A stretch of DNA of 64,000 nucleotides from Podarcis pityusensis (Eukaryota), in NCBI GenBank assembly GCA_964106645.2, contig OZ067049.1, one strand, 5' to 3'. Shown one piece after another: positions 22,920 to 35,751 of the stretch; positions within the stretch are counted from its first letter, which is position 1, and each line of letters starts with the position of its first letter. The position numbers and the translations under genes are program-made. The notes under the pieces were generated by a model. It was not told the DNA's origin, did not search any database, and saw nothing but the letters and a program-made list of their open reading frames with translations.

Positions 22920-23883
22920 CTAGCGTTTCCTTCTCTGGAGAGGGCTTGCTGTTCTCTGAAGGAGCCGGGGAGAGTTCTTCGGGGGCCGAAGAGGAAGCTT
23001 GCCCTTCTTCCTCACTCCTTTGGGCCACGCAAGCCAAAGTGCTGGGTGGGGATGAATCCTCGCTGTCTTTCCTCCCCGAATCCGGCGGTGGGACTGCAGG
23101 AGTCAACGCTGGCGGAGTTTCAAAGCGCACTTGAGGTTGCGGGGCGAACTGGGAAGGAACCACCATCTGCCCCGGATGGTGCTGCTGCTGCTGCTGTTGG
23201 TGATGATGTTGATGGTGGTGGTTGCTGTTGTTGCTGTAGCTGCTGCCATTGCTGCTGCCGCTGCTCTTGCTGGTGCCGTAGGCTTGAGACAAGCGGAAGT
23301 AGCCTGGGACGGGCACCCCGGCGGCTGTCACGTTGTTCATGGAGCAGACCTCCGAGCTCAGCCTTGGGAAAATGGACAAGTCGGTGGCCGCAGCCTCTTT
23401 GGGGCCCTTCTCGGCGTCATAGAGGCAGTAGGAGCTCTCCTCTTTGATGTTGGGAGCGAAGGAGCAGGAGGTCGCCTGCGGGCTCTCGTGCTCTTCCAGG
23501 CGGCAGGACCTGGGGGGATCTAGCCAGACTTCCATCCCTGACATGTAGGCGTGAGAAGCCGGCGCCACGCTTGGAGAAGGGCCTTCATTGCGTTTGCTCA
23601 GGACCGGGAAAAGCCCGTAGCTTTGCAGCCCATAGGACAGATCGGACGCCTGTGGCAGGTAGACACCGCTGTTGTTGGGATAGTAGCTGCCGCTTCCTCC
23701 GCCTCCTCCTCCTCCAACTCCTCCGCCGCCCCCGCCTCCGCCTCCTCCGCCTTCCCCTCTGCTTGAGGCTGAGCTGATCAAGGAGTCCACCAAAAAAGAG
23801 TTTGCAGCGGGGCTCTCCGAGCATGCCATGGCCGTGGTGGAATAATTTGGCGAAGAGAGCAGATAGCCCTTTCTGGCTGACAT
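22920..23883 (-). CDS. HOXA10: HOXA10 exon 1
   Basis: MSARKGYLL...MACSESPAANSFLVDSLI...SCSFAPNIKEESSYCLY...VPVPGYFRLSQAY. Donor G|GTAAG at 22919. Spliced CDS 964+275=1239 nt, 412 aa. A second in-frame ATG at 23829 has a strong Kozak context. Confidence 0.96.
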
Positions 23884-24699
23884 TTCTTGTGCAAAACATG
23901 CTGGATATGATTAGAGATACCCCCGCGCCACGGCGAGTGCGTGCAGCCAATGGAATCCCAGCCCTCGCCAGCAACCCCTCCCCGTTTGGTTTCGTAGGCA
24001 ATGAGCTGCTCTCAGGTCCACTGCTGAATTTTATATATGTGTGTGTGTGTGTGTGTATGTGTGTGTGTGTGTGTAATCGATGGTGCCACATAGCTGCCCT
24101 TGCCTAGGTACCCGGGGTACAATTGATGTTGCCACATATAGGCTGCCTTTTGCCTGCGTGTGAGCAAAGGAGGGGGAAAGGCGCGCGTGGGCTCTCGCGC
24201 ACACGGAGAAGAAAGGGGAGACAAACAATAGAAAACAATTTGCCCCGATTTTAATGCAACCCATAATTTAGCCAGGCTTCCTCTTTAAGCATATGCGCTA
24301 ATATAAAAATGCAAAGGAGCATATTAAGCGTTCAGGTCATAAAGCGAGCTGTAAGTGAACCTTTCAACATCCCAACTCCCCTCTCTCTTTCTGCCACCTC
24401 GCCACCAACATTCCCCCTCCCCCTTTTGCTCTCCCAATCCCATCTCATACAGCCCATGGCTGTGATGAAATTATTAAAACCTCAGTATTTATTGTCAAGC
24501 CCTGGGACATGCTTTTGCTTACCTATTTTTAGTGGCGGTGATTATGGCATCACGGGCCACTGGAAGTTCTAAACCAATCTGACCTCCTCACTAACACTGA
24601 AGGTTTACGGACATCATAAAGTCACCCAATGTCTCCTCAAGATGACAACGACACTAATGAAGAAAATTCTCAAGCCTGGCTCCCATCTTTGAATATTGG

Positions 24700-24785
24700 C
24701 ATATACATGTTTTACGCGGAAGCAAGTCCCACTGTGTTCAGTGTGGGATGGGTGGGTTTACTTTCAGCTAAGTGTACATATAGAA
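24700..24785. mobile_element. Palindromic MITE-like copy upstream of HOXA10
   Basis: tatacatgttttacgcggaagcaagtcccactgtgttcagtgtggg...tttactttcagctaagtgtacatatag. Confidence 0.65.
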
Positions 24786-27700
24786 ATACCGGCTCAGAAG
24801 TGAACCCCCGCCTGGCAGAGAGGCTGAGGAGCGCCACTGTGAAATATTCCTGTCTAGCGCCGCAGAAGCAACAGTAACAATATAAGCCCATCTTTGTTGA
24901 CCCAGTAAGCAAGTATTGTATCGAAGTCTTCCGTATCTGGTCTTAAACTAACATGCGAAGCAGAAATATCTGGTGTGTCTTGTAGGGACGAGGGTAGCAA
25001 AAGGTCTCACAGAAAGTGGATGCGAGATATCCTCAGATTAACATTAAATTCTAATGGTTAGTGTTCGTTTTTTCGCCCCCAAGGGGGAGCATAATAATCA
25101 CACACCCACTATACATTCAAAAGTGCGCCACAAGCAAATTATCTCAAAATATCCTCATTCTCAACCCATAAAAGGCTAAAAAGGACTGTTAGACAAAACT
25201 GTGTAGCCAGTTCGTAATTGTGGCGGAGATGGTAGACAACCAGCAGACAAGAGAGTGAGACCGGCAGACGGGGGCAGATAGATAGATTTTATAATGGGGC
25301 GAGAGAGCGAAAGAAGGGCTCCACTTCTCTCTCTGCCTCTCTGTCTCTCATGTTCTTGGCACACGTTGTTTGGAAATAATAAAAACTTGAGACAAATAAC
25401 ATCTCTTATTGTCCATGGAGTCTTTTAGAATTATTATTTTTTAAGAAAAGAAAACAAATATTTGTTTAACTTTTTTTTTTTTTTAGGTTACAAATCCCTG
25501 CGTTAAGTATCTCTTCTTCCAAACCGCCCCAGCTGGTAGGATTTAAATGATCGCCTGTCTCTGCTCCCAAGCGAGTAGGAATATTCTTTTGAACAATTCA
25601 ATATTGTGTTGTAAATCTTCTGCTCGGTTCCGTTTTGGCACCCACTCCCTCGTCCATAAAGCCCTCAAAAGCGCTAAGAATGCCAAGGGAATCGGGAGGC
25701 AAAGGCGCTGCCTTATTTTCCTGACCAAGCCTTCGGTGTAGTGAGTGCTGCAGAGAGGGTGGCTTTCAGATATACCCTCTCTCTCTGGCACGGCATACCC
25801 TTGGCTTTCATACAATGCAGGGCGAGTCCTGCAAAATGCTCATATGCCACTCCGCACATTGCCCCCTTTCCACACCATGGAGGGGTGGGTAGGGTAGGGT
25901 TGATCTGCCAAGCCTCGCATGCCTAATAATGTCCGGGGTTTGCCTACAAAAGTGGGGAAATTCCCTCCCTTACTTCTGGGATTCCCCTCCGCTTAGCTTC
26001 TAAAACATTCAGAAGGCAGCAGGACACAGAACGCGAGTTTTCTCCTAGGCAAGTTAACGCGAAGGAGGCCTCCTGAGGTTTCTGGCTTGTCGGATGGGAA
26101 GCCTGGCAGAGATAGTTGCAACTTTGCCGGGCCCGTAAAATCTTTATGGAAAGGCAAGACGTCCTTCTTAAGCCACTTCCACCACTGCCATACCCATCAC
26201 CCTCACCTCTCATCTCCTCTCCCACCAGCCAAGAATTGCACCCTGGGTTTTTCACTTCTGCTGGCTTCCAGCACAAGTTAAGCATGGAGGCAGAACAACC
26301 AGAGGCAGGGGGTCAGCAGCCTATAAGAAGAGCCGCCTTCCCCACACCCTGGAGTAATATTGTCCGTGTTTCCCCAACTCGACTTAACTTACACTGTGTT
26401 AATGTGTGAGGAACAAGTTCTTATCAGATTCCTAGGAGGGCAATATGACTTCCAGCAAAATTAATGCCATATAAGGAGCACTTTTATGGGCTAGCAGATT
26501 GGAAACGTATTATCAATGGGCTTAGAGTTGTAACAGCAGATCTCCTCGCAGTGAAATGGGACCCGCGCGCACGGCCCACCTTCGCCTTTCCCAGGACTTG
26601 GAGGGGCTAAAATCAGGTAGATCAAAACTTCGAGAAGGGGGAATCTCGTCCCTCTGTGCGGTGTGTTGATCCCCGCCTTCACCCCTCATCTGCCAGATCC
26701 AAAAGAAATGAAGCGCATGCCTTGAAAAATCTTGCTACTTATGCAACAACAACAACAGCCGTCTACCTGGGGAAGGGTCCGTTGGCCAATAAAGGAAAGA
26801 TACTACAAGTCTGTTTAAAAATAATAATCACCCCCCAGTTTAAATAAAAAGATTGCGAATCTATAGATCCCAATGGAAAGAATTCCCTTCCGCCATTCCT
26901 CTCTTTAAATAAGTGCTACAGTGAAGGTCGAGCCGATTCGTGAGTCTAGCGAAGGCGAAAAACCTGGAGATACGGGAATTCGCACCTTATAAGTGCACGG
27001 GCGACTGACCATTTCCCGTTTCAAAGAGGTCCAGGGGCATCCCGTGGGCCACTTTGGAGGTCAATTGGACCTTTGGTCGGATCCATCCCAGCAAGACTCG
27101 GTTTCTGCTCTTAAGATTCAAGAGAAGACTCGAAGGGGAAACTGGCGGTCGAAACCAGAGGAGCGGGGCTAGGAAAATGGTTTGAAACCTCTTCTCTTTC
27201 AGGTTAGAACCGCTTGCAGCTGGACACACACACACACCCTCTGCAATCAAGGGTACTGTTGGTTCCTTTTCACTCAAAGTATAAGGCAATAAGGAAGCAG
27301 CACCTCGTATCCAGGGCCCCCTTTTATGGTTGCGTTTGTGGGACCCAAAGCGTCTGGGCTTTGATGGTCAAGGCACCCAGGGCCGGATCCAAAGCCCGGG
27401 GAGGTCAATGGTAAAGAGAAGGCTAGCATTTGACTCGGGGAAGCTTTTGGACCGCGCGAGGAGGTGCTCGTGAACTCGGCTCTCGGCGCCTTTTTCTTTA
27501 ATCGCTAACAAGGCCAAAAGCATCGTCAAAGCCAGTGAAGTAAAACTAATAATGTGCACTTGATTTTTAACTATAAAAGATAATGGTCAATTCTAGAGCA
27601 AACTAAACTACTTTGGCGTGCATTGTGTGTAGCGGTAACATTTTAAACACTTAACAATGTGTCTCGGACATTAACCAGGACTTTATAGCATTTCTTGAGA

Positions 27701-28939
27701 CTATTATGCAGGGCGCGCGGGGCGGGGGGGAGGGAGAGAAGAGAAATGACTGCTTTTTCATTCTGCTCCTGCCAACAAACTCGTCTGGGAGATTGGGAAG
27801 TGGGTGGGTGGAGGGTTGGCGGGTTAAGCACCAGCAAACAACCCACCAGCTCTACAACCAGGTTGCGCTGGAACATGTGGGTCGGCAAAGCCTAGAGTCT
27901 CCTTAGTTGAGTTATGGAATGGACCGAAGGCTCTCAGAAGCCACCCAAAGGGCTGGTAGTTTGAGGTGAGGGGTGGGGAGACGAGCTTTTGTACACTGCG
28001 GAGACACAGATATCCTATTAATTTTTTAAACAACAACAACAACACCACAGTTATTGGTCCAAAAGAAATATAATGGCTGCATTAGTACAGTCGTTAGGCT
28101 GTTTTATGAGTTTGAACTGAAAATTTAAAAAGACTGGAAGGGCTAAGGAAGACACAATAACTTAAGCCAAGTTAGATCGAAGGAGGGATTTCCCCCCCTA
28201 CCACTTTCTGTCTCTCTTCCTTTAAAATCCCACTCGCTGAAGAGAATGATTTATCCGCTACTTATTTTCAGGAGGAACTAAAAAGGTACAACATTGTTAA
28301 GAAAGGGATGCTATTTTGTATGCTAATTAAAACGGGCTTTATATTTCTGACATGGGTAAATTGAGGTTTTGCGGGGAAGGGGCTGGCGGTGGGGGGGGCG
28401 CGGAGAGGAAGGAAAAAGTGTAAAAGCTATCATGGGAGTCGGAAGGCTGGCTGCCTTTAAATATATAGCCGCAGATTGCATTTTGTAAATCTCCACCCAA
28501 ATTAATACAATCAGTGCGCACTTATTTAATATTAAAAGTGTCAGTTGTCAAGAATGTGACTGTGTGCCAAGGCAGTTTTCCCTCTGGAAAAATTTCCAAA
28601 CAGGCGGCTTTCCATCAGGCGTTTTAAGAACTGCATCTCTGCGCCAAGAAAAGGTGTCAAACGACTACCGAAGTAATTTTTTATCTTCGCTTCGAAATTC
28701 TTTCAGGTTAAAAGGAGGGGGGAAGGGGGGAGAGGGCCTGAAGGGTAAAGAGTGAGCGACGATCGGGTTTGGGAGATTTATTTCCTTTAAAATTTGGACT
28801 TCGTTTGCACCTTAAGCCCATTTTTTTCCCTGGCAGCTGGGATTCTGGTCTGGCTGAAATCCTGCTCACCGGTTTGCTGGTGACTACCTTCCTTCTTCTC
28901 TCTGATAGCGATGGGATTTATGTGCGGGCAACCGAGCGC

Positions 28940-29325
28940 AGGATCGCAGCCTGGCACCCCAGTGTTAAACGCGTCGGTCGGGAAGGAAGTCCTGCTGGTT
29001 TCAATAGGACATCCTTCCGCGCGAGAGTGGCTGGGACCACAGACGTATATGAATGCGTATTTACTTGGACGTAAATTCAGTTGAAGTCAAGGGCATCTCT
29101 CCCAAATCAACGTCTCCTAAGGAATGGGAGCAGAGCACAAGTCTTTTCAGGTCTCAGTGGGGCTCACATTCAAAATAAGGCCATTCCAAGGCCTAAGCTA
29201 GAGGATCCGGAGCATAAGAAAGTTATTAAATACTACAATCCTGCGCACACTTAACCTGAGACTTGAAGCCCTATTGAATTTAATGCGACTCACTTCTGGG
29301 TTAGCAAGCCTAGCTCCAGGCTAGC
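28940..29325. mobile_element. Array of 4-5 degenerate palindromic MITE-like copies
   Basis: ggaaggaagtcctgctggtttcaataggacatccttcc; tttacttggacgtaaattcagttgaagtcaaggg; ctcagtggggctcac; acaatcctgcgcacacttaacctgagacttgaagccctattgaatttaatgcgactcacttctggg. Confidence 0.6.
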
Positions 29326-30174
29326 AGACACGTATCTAGCATTTTCCGTCGTAGACTCCCGTCTGGTTCTAGTAGCCCATTATGTTGTGCACGTAGCAAC
29401 GAAATCTGGAGAGAGTGCATTGATCTGACTCCAGCAAAGTTGGATTTCTCCCTTCGAATAATTTAGGCCAGGCAATAATATGTTGAAGTCAAAGCGAGGC
29501 GCATGTCTGAACCTATGCTGCTTCTTTTCTTTTCAACGTGAGTTTGGCACACTATTTCAAACTAGGAGGCAGCAGCTGTTCGCGGAGGGATATCTATTTG
29601 CATTTCTAAGTTACAGCGTAAAATTATAATATAAAATTATATTGAAGTTCGGCCATGGTTCGTTCTCAGAGGCATTTCCTTTGCACAGATTTGGGGTGGG
29701 ATGGGGAATACTAGATATCTGAAGCAGACGTCGAAGTGGAAGACGCCTCTTTAAAGACCCTTAGGCGTGCTTGTGTGCGAAAAAGCAATCGTAGCATATT
29801 ATAAACGTAGAGTCATTTTCACCCTCTTCCCCCAAGCACGCTATCCCAGCTTATTAGAAATCGAAGCGGGTGGGGAAGAGTGAATATAAGGAATCAGCTA
29901 CAAGGAAGGTTGCTTTCTGACCTAGATCTACAGCAAACTTAATTTTACCACCAGAGGATATCTAGAGACTAACCACTGTGGAAACCTGTTTTTTATTTAT
30001 ATTTTTGGATGAAATGAAAGAAAGAGAAGCAACCAAAACTAAAAAAGTATGCTTCTGAATACACGTATTTATTCATTTTTGCTGGTTTCTTTTTCTTTCT
30101 TCTTGTTGTTGTTAAAATGAAGGGGAAAACCTCTCATTTGAGTTTGTTATGCTTAAATTTTTATCATTTTATGT

Positions 30175-30684
30175 GGACACCATGCTACTACTACAGAAGC
30201 ACGAGGTAACTGGTGACGTGATCTGCTAATGAGACCTAAGAAATTGATTAAATAAAAGCAAGAAAGTTGTTGGGCTGAACGTTTCCCTCCTATTAATCGC
30301 TTGCCTTTGCTTCCATAAGCACTGGAGGAAAGTTCCCTCGGAAAAGAGGACACCATGCTACTACCACAGAAGCAGGAGCTGACTGGTGAAGTGATTTGCT
30401 AATGAGACCTAAGAAATTGATTAAATAAAAGCAAGAAAGTTCTTGGGCTGAACGTTTCCCTCCTATTAATCGCTTGCCTTTGCTTCCATAAGCACTGGAG
30501 GAAAGTTCCCTCGGAAAAGAGGACACCATGCTACTACCACAGAAGCAGGAGCTGACTGGTGAAATGATTTGCTAATGAGACCTAAGAAATTGATTAAATA
30601 AATGCAAGAAAGTTGCTGGGCGGAACGTTTCCCTCCTATGAATCGGTTGCCTTTGTTTCCATAAACACTGAAGGAAAGTTCCCT
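30175..30684. repeat. Tandem repeat, 173-bp unit, about 3 copies (starts 30175, 30348, 30521)
   Basis: GGACACCATGCTACTA recurs every 173 bp with high identity. It also explains the duplicated ORFs at 30153-30529. Confidence 0.97.
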
Positions 30685-32295
30685 TCGTCTTCCCGCCTCG
30701 CCTCCTCCACCCCAACTTAATAACCGAGTAAAGCTTTAACACTGGACTTCAGAAATCATAGTTCAGTAGGGCGGTGCGTAGTCAAGATAAGAGACTTTCT
30801 AACATAACACATGACTCGAACCAAAATATGCAAGCCGAAGAAGTTAAGACCACAGGCGGACTGCTAGAATAAAGTTGGGCCTGTCTGAGTGGGGTAAAGT
30901 GGGGGGGGGGGGAATCGCATCGCGAGCTTCTGTAATCTGTAATTTATCCCAAGGTCAGCTCGTCGACTGTTTAAGAAATCAGGACTGCTCCTCCTAATCT
31001 ATCCTGGGTGCTACACTGGTAACTCTCACCGTTAGCATCTGATCCCAGGCGCTTTACGCGAAAGGAAGCTCAAGAATATCCCCTCTGGATGTTGTATAGG
31101 CAGCAATCTAGAGAAAACTAGGTATCCCTCAATCCTATTTAAGTAATTGGCCCGATCAGAATAATCATAACACGAGATCCCTGCAAATTCGCTGCAGCAA
31201 GTATGCTGATGACCGTAGCTCCAAGTGTCCAGTTAAGTAAATTTCCTGTTATTGTATACAAGGGTTAGGCCTTCCAGATTATGGCTCCGCTCTCAGAATA
31301 TCTCTACAGCAAGTACGCTGCAGATCAATAGAGACAGGATCAACAGAGATATTTTAAATTCAACCTCCACCCAGGAATTGGCTTTACATGAGATCGCTCC
31401 GAGGTGGGGGTGTTAAGCGAAAGGAGCTTTTACTCTACATCCAGCTCTATCGATTTCCAGCTCCTTCTGCTTAGAGTGGAGGAGAGTGACGCTGCCTGGG
31501 AAGAAAAAGGCATTTAATAAATATCGCTGTAAACCAACCATAGGCGGGCGAACTCGGCCAAACTGGAATGAGCAAACCACAGCTCAAGTCCAATAGCTGC
31601 CATTTTCAGTCTACGCCGCTATAGATCTAGTTGATAGAAGACACCTAGCGTCCTCCAGACAAACGTGGACATCCATAATCCTGTATTCCCAGGGATGCAG
31701 CTTTTATAAGAAAGCCGCCGTCTTGGCCTACCTACGCTTGTTTCACCACCGCGTGAGCTGCTTGGCAGACCTTCAACCTGAAAACCTTTTCTCCACTCCT
31801 TTCGAGGAGTTGCTCTCTAAACTTAGCAAGCCTTCAAACAATACTTTCCACAGCCAACCTTTTAATGACTGGCTTTCCGAAAAGACACCACACCCCTGGA
31901 GTTCCACTTCCAAAAAGAAATAAAAATAAACGTGAAAGGATTTAATCGAGAGCAAGTAGACCTAGAGGTCACCCCAGCTGCACCTTGATAAGAGCTGCTT
32001 CCTCTTTAATCAACCAAACTTAGCCTCAAAGGAAATACTCACCCTCTGGAAGCGCTGGAAGCCCGGAGTAGTCAGCCTTGAGAGTGTGTGTGAGAGAGAA
32101 GCTCCTGGCTCAACCCTTGTGCTTCTCCGTGAAGGAGTGAGCAATCGGCTTCACCTTACCTTTGCAAATCTGAGCGTGGAAAGTGAAATAATATAATGTG
32201 CAGCTCCTAGAACGCAAGGGGAACAAAGGCCAAGATTTCAACCCCCCCCTTCCTCTCCCCCTCTTCTCCCACTGCGGCTTTGACATTGATCTGAA

Positions 32296-32331
32296 GAACG
32301 CCATCTTGTGGCAACAGCGTTGCTCCGCAGA
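32296..32331 (-). promoter_or_regulatory. CTCF site between HOXA10 and HOXA11 (CBS10/11 candidate)
   Basis: Minus strand CTGCGGAGCA-ACGCTG-TTGCCACAAGATGGCGTTC: strong core plus upstream motif. An A10|A11 CTCF site is established in mammals. Confidence 0.7.
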
Positions 32332-33703
32332 GCTGACCTGCCAGCCGGTTTCCAAATGCCCCGCGTTAAACGAACGGATGCTAGCGCAGACAATTGCCCT
32401 CCGCAGATCTACCCTCCACAGCTCAGAGATGGCTGAAACAAACCTCCGCCTCGTTTATAGCCCAGCTTTCCCAGTATGCAAATAGAAGAGGGGGGGAAAG
32501 TCGAGGGCACTTTTATAGCTGTATTGTCCCGGCAACACATATGGGATGTCCCCCCACCTTTTTTTAACTGGGCCAGGAAATCACCAGCAGCCTCTCCACA
32601 AAACTGGAGAAACTCCATGAGTCAACCTAGAGATGAATAACCAGTTAATTTTTAACTAGCGAAGGAAGTTGCTGCCTGAACATTTATTGCCACCCGCCTA
32701 TTCCTCTCCCTGTCTTCTCCCTCTCTTTCTTTTCTCTCCATCTATCTTTCTATCTCTCCCTTTTAAGAGTTGCATTCCTTTGTAGCATGCTAGCCAAATA
32801 AACAAACAAGCAAGTGAGCTCCATTCTCTCTCTCCTCTCTCCCCCTGCGCTTCATCTTTGTACATTTCCTTTGACCAGACGCTGTCTGGCTTAGGTGGGG
32901 GTTGTCAGCAAAAGCCCAGAGCCAGTTAGCCCTTCACCTCAAGGTTATGGGTGATGTCCAAAGCAATACAGAAGTTCAAAGCCAATAAACAATAGGAGAA
33001 AACAGTATGTACTTTCTCTCCTGATTAAGTGTAAGAGAGGAAAATCAACCTCATGCCACATCCTCAAAAAGGTCTTCGGTGGGTTGTTTTTTAATTTTTA
33101 ATTTCCACCCCCGCTCGAGAGATTAAGAACGAAAACCACACACAGCCCATCTGGGCCTCACTTGCACGAGGAATGCCTCCCCATCCTCTTTCCCTAGGAG
33201 TCACCACAGAGGAACCAACACGTTTCAACCAATATGCTTCATTCTGCCTCGCTATCATTGCCGTTTTGGGGATCAGATCCTGCCACAAACATTTCTTAGC
33301 ACTTAAAGGAGTGTGTTCAGAAATATGGCGCCCGAGATAAACAAGAGCGGACCAGCCCAGAAAAAATCACCAGCTTTTCTAATAGGTTTTACACCTGTGA
33401 GCAAATGTATAAAGCCTGTAATCTGCAGTTACTTGAAGGAGTGATCCTCCACCCCCTCCCACATCTACAAACCGGTGAAACCTGGCCTCAAGCTCGCTGC
33501 AGTCTGCCTACGCATTCATAAATACCAGACATGTTGCACTGCCTTATCCTGAAGGACCACAAGCAATAGGTGAATGGAATTTCCATGAAAGCATCCCATT
33601 CAGGAGCCATGATTCAAACTCTCAGAGCCCAGATCAAGGAATATCCATGAATACAACACAAGGATTAAAAAAAATATTATTATTATTATAAATTTCCCAC
33701 ATG

Positions 33704-33709
33704 TTTATT
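33704..33709 (-). terminator. Probable HOXA11 polyadenylation signal AATAAA
   Basis: AATAAA at the end of an AU-rich segment about 1.8 kb downstream of the stop. Confidence 0.5.
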
Positions 33710-35518
33710 TTCGTTGTGCGCCGTACCACTGTATACATGCCACGAAAGACCTTCGCATAGTAAAAGAAACCGTATTTACATATATGACGATACATATCTT
33801 CAAACAGTGTTGGAATATAAAGGTATTGCGTTTTGTGAACCGTGTAAAAGAAATCGTGTCCCTTTTCGAAGCTGGTGGTTTTTACAACATTCTAGTCGCC
33901 TTATCTTTCTTGCAAAGATTTTTTTTTTAAAAAAAGGACAAACTCGACATTTTCCAAGGAAAAGGACCGTTAAAAAAACATATACCAACCAAAACGGATC
34001 ATTTAAAAATGTACAAGTCTTGTAAAACACCATTCTCGTATGAAATATACATTCAGATATTCTCGACAGCAAGCGACTTTTACAATAAAACACAATATCC
34101 TTTGTAAACTGATATAGACTTTTAAATAGTTCTTTCTTTTAAAATTCGTTGTTCTCTCTCTCTCTCTATTTCTCACTCTCGCTTTGGTTCCTGCAGGGAA
34201 ATATACTTCTTTTATATATATTTAAAATAACTCCAGGGAACTCTCAGTTCTTTGATTCTGCCGCCTGAGCGATTAAGTAGGGCTTTCGACACTTAATAGC
34301 GAACAAAAAGATCTGAAAACCAATCCACCATATTTACATTGTTTGCCTTCTGCTTGGGCTTCTAAGGGAAAGAAAACGCTAGTTATTTTAATGATCTGAT
34401 CTCAGTGCATTGCACACATCCAGGGTCCAATTAAGTGTTGTGTGGTATTTGCCAAACTGTCCTTCTCCACAGGTATTTCCTGAAGAAAGTTTGTGAGACA
34501 GAAGCCAGAAGCTTCCTTTTACGGTTTCCCCCTTTGGAGCTATTAGATTAGTCTTTCTTTCTCCCTCTCTTTCCACCCCACCGTGCACTTTTATTTATTT
34601 GTTTGGTTTTTAATTTTCTTTAAGCATTTAAATAAGAACATAATGATTTGTCTCCAAAGGGATGGCCACTTTTCGACAGTTGTTGTTCATTTTTTGTTGG
34701 GGTTTTTTAAACGAGAGCTAATGCACGTGGCTATGTGTTTGACTCTTCAGTGATTGTTTCCTTACCATATATGGCGAATTAATACCTGAAATGGTTTCAA
34801 AAGGAGACTGTCAAACCTTCCACGCCATAACTCCCTATCAACAGCACGGTTAGACTCAACACTACTACACCTCTACAAACATTTATGATTGGCCTTGCAA
34901 CTGCTTAAATTTTTTGAACTTGGTCAAGAGGGTAACCGCTCTTGCGGAGGAAGGTTTGTCATTTTAAGGGTCGAGGAGGGGAAGGTGATGGGACGGCGGC
35001 TGTGCATTTAGAGGTCGCGGGGGCTCCTGTAGGTTTTCTTTTGCAGTAGTCCATCAGGCTCCGGTGCAGCCATGGGTAGCCTTTCAAGCAATGTTCCACA
35101 GTAAAACCAAAGTAACATAGTTTTAGACCGACACGAATCCAATAACTCACTCCCCGCTTTTTCACGTGTGAACCCGCGTTGGGATGAGTTGCAGTGTCTA
35201 TAGGTAAGAGGTATAAAATTGCCCTCAGAGCAAAATATGGGGGTGGCGTGTTTGGAAATGCGGGTCCAGGGTGTAAACCGTTTCCAGTTGATATGTCAAG
35301 AGCTTTAAGAAGAACTTTTTTTAGGGGGGAGGGGAAAATAGCGGGAAACCCCAGTTGGTTTACATTTTTATGGGGACGGAAAAAAATATTAGTGTGGTGT
35401 TTTTCCCCAGCGTCCTCCGTCACTTTGCACACCTCCTTCTCATAGGTAACCCTGTGGCTTGACCTTGTCATGGGCGAGATCTGAATTTAATCTCATCTTG
35501 AAAAACGCTACGAGTTTT

Positions 35519-35751
35519 TTAAAGCAGTGGATTAGCTGAGTAATATTGTAATCGGTCCCTGTTAATTTTTTTCTCTTTCATTCTTCTGTTTTGAAACCAT
35601 ATTTTTACTTGACGGTCGGTCAAGTTGAGCATTCGGGAGAGCTGGAGGCGTTTCTCTTTGTTTATATAGACACTGAAGAAGAATTCCCTCTCTAATTCTC
35701 TAATCTGATATTTGGTGTAGGGGCATCTCTTTTTACGGGTGCGTTGTCCAC
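35519..35751 (-). CDS. HOXA11: HOXA11 exon 2 (homeodomain)
   Basis: [76 protein letters not shown]. Acceptor CCACAG at 35752-35757 (minus). Confidence 0.97.

Noticed and set aside
25176-25364. ORF starting MCQ, resembling the short alternative HOXA10 first exon
   Set aside because: The start codon is GTG and no splice donor follows the CAA G.
30153-30529. Two near-identical ORFs (MVSSFPRELSS...)
   Set aside because: By-product of the 173-bp tandem repeat, with non-ATG starts and a unit length not divisible by 3.
30175-30684. CRISPR-like array, or a link between the 173-bp unit and the 173-nt HOXA9 exitron
   Set aside because: No unique spacers and the DNA is eukaryotic. There is no sequence similarity to the exitron, so the equal length is coincidental.
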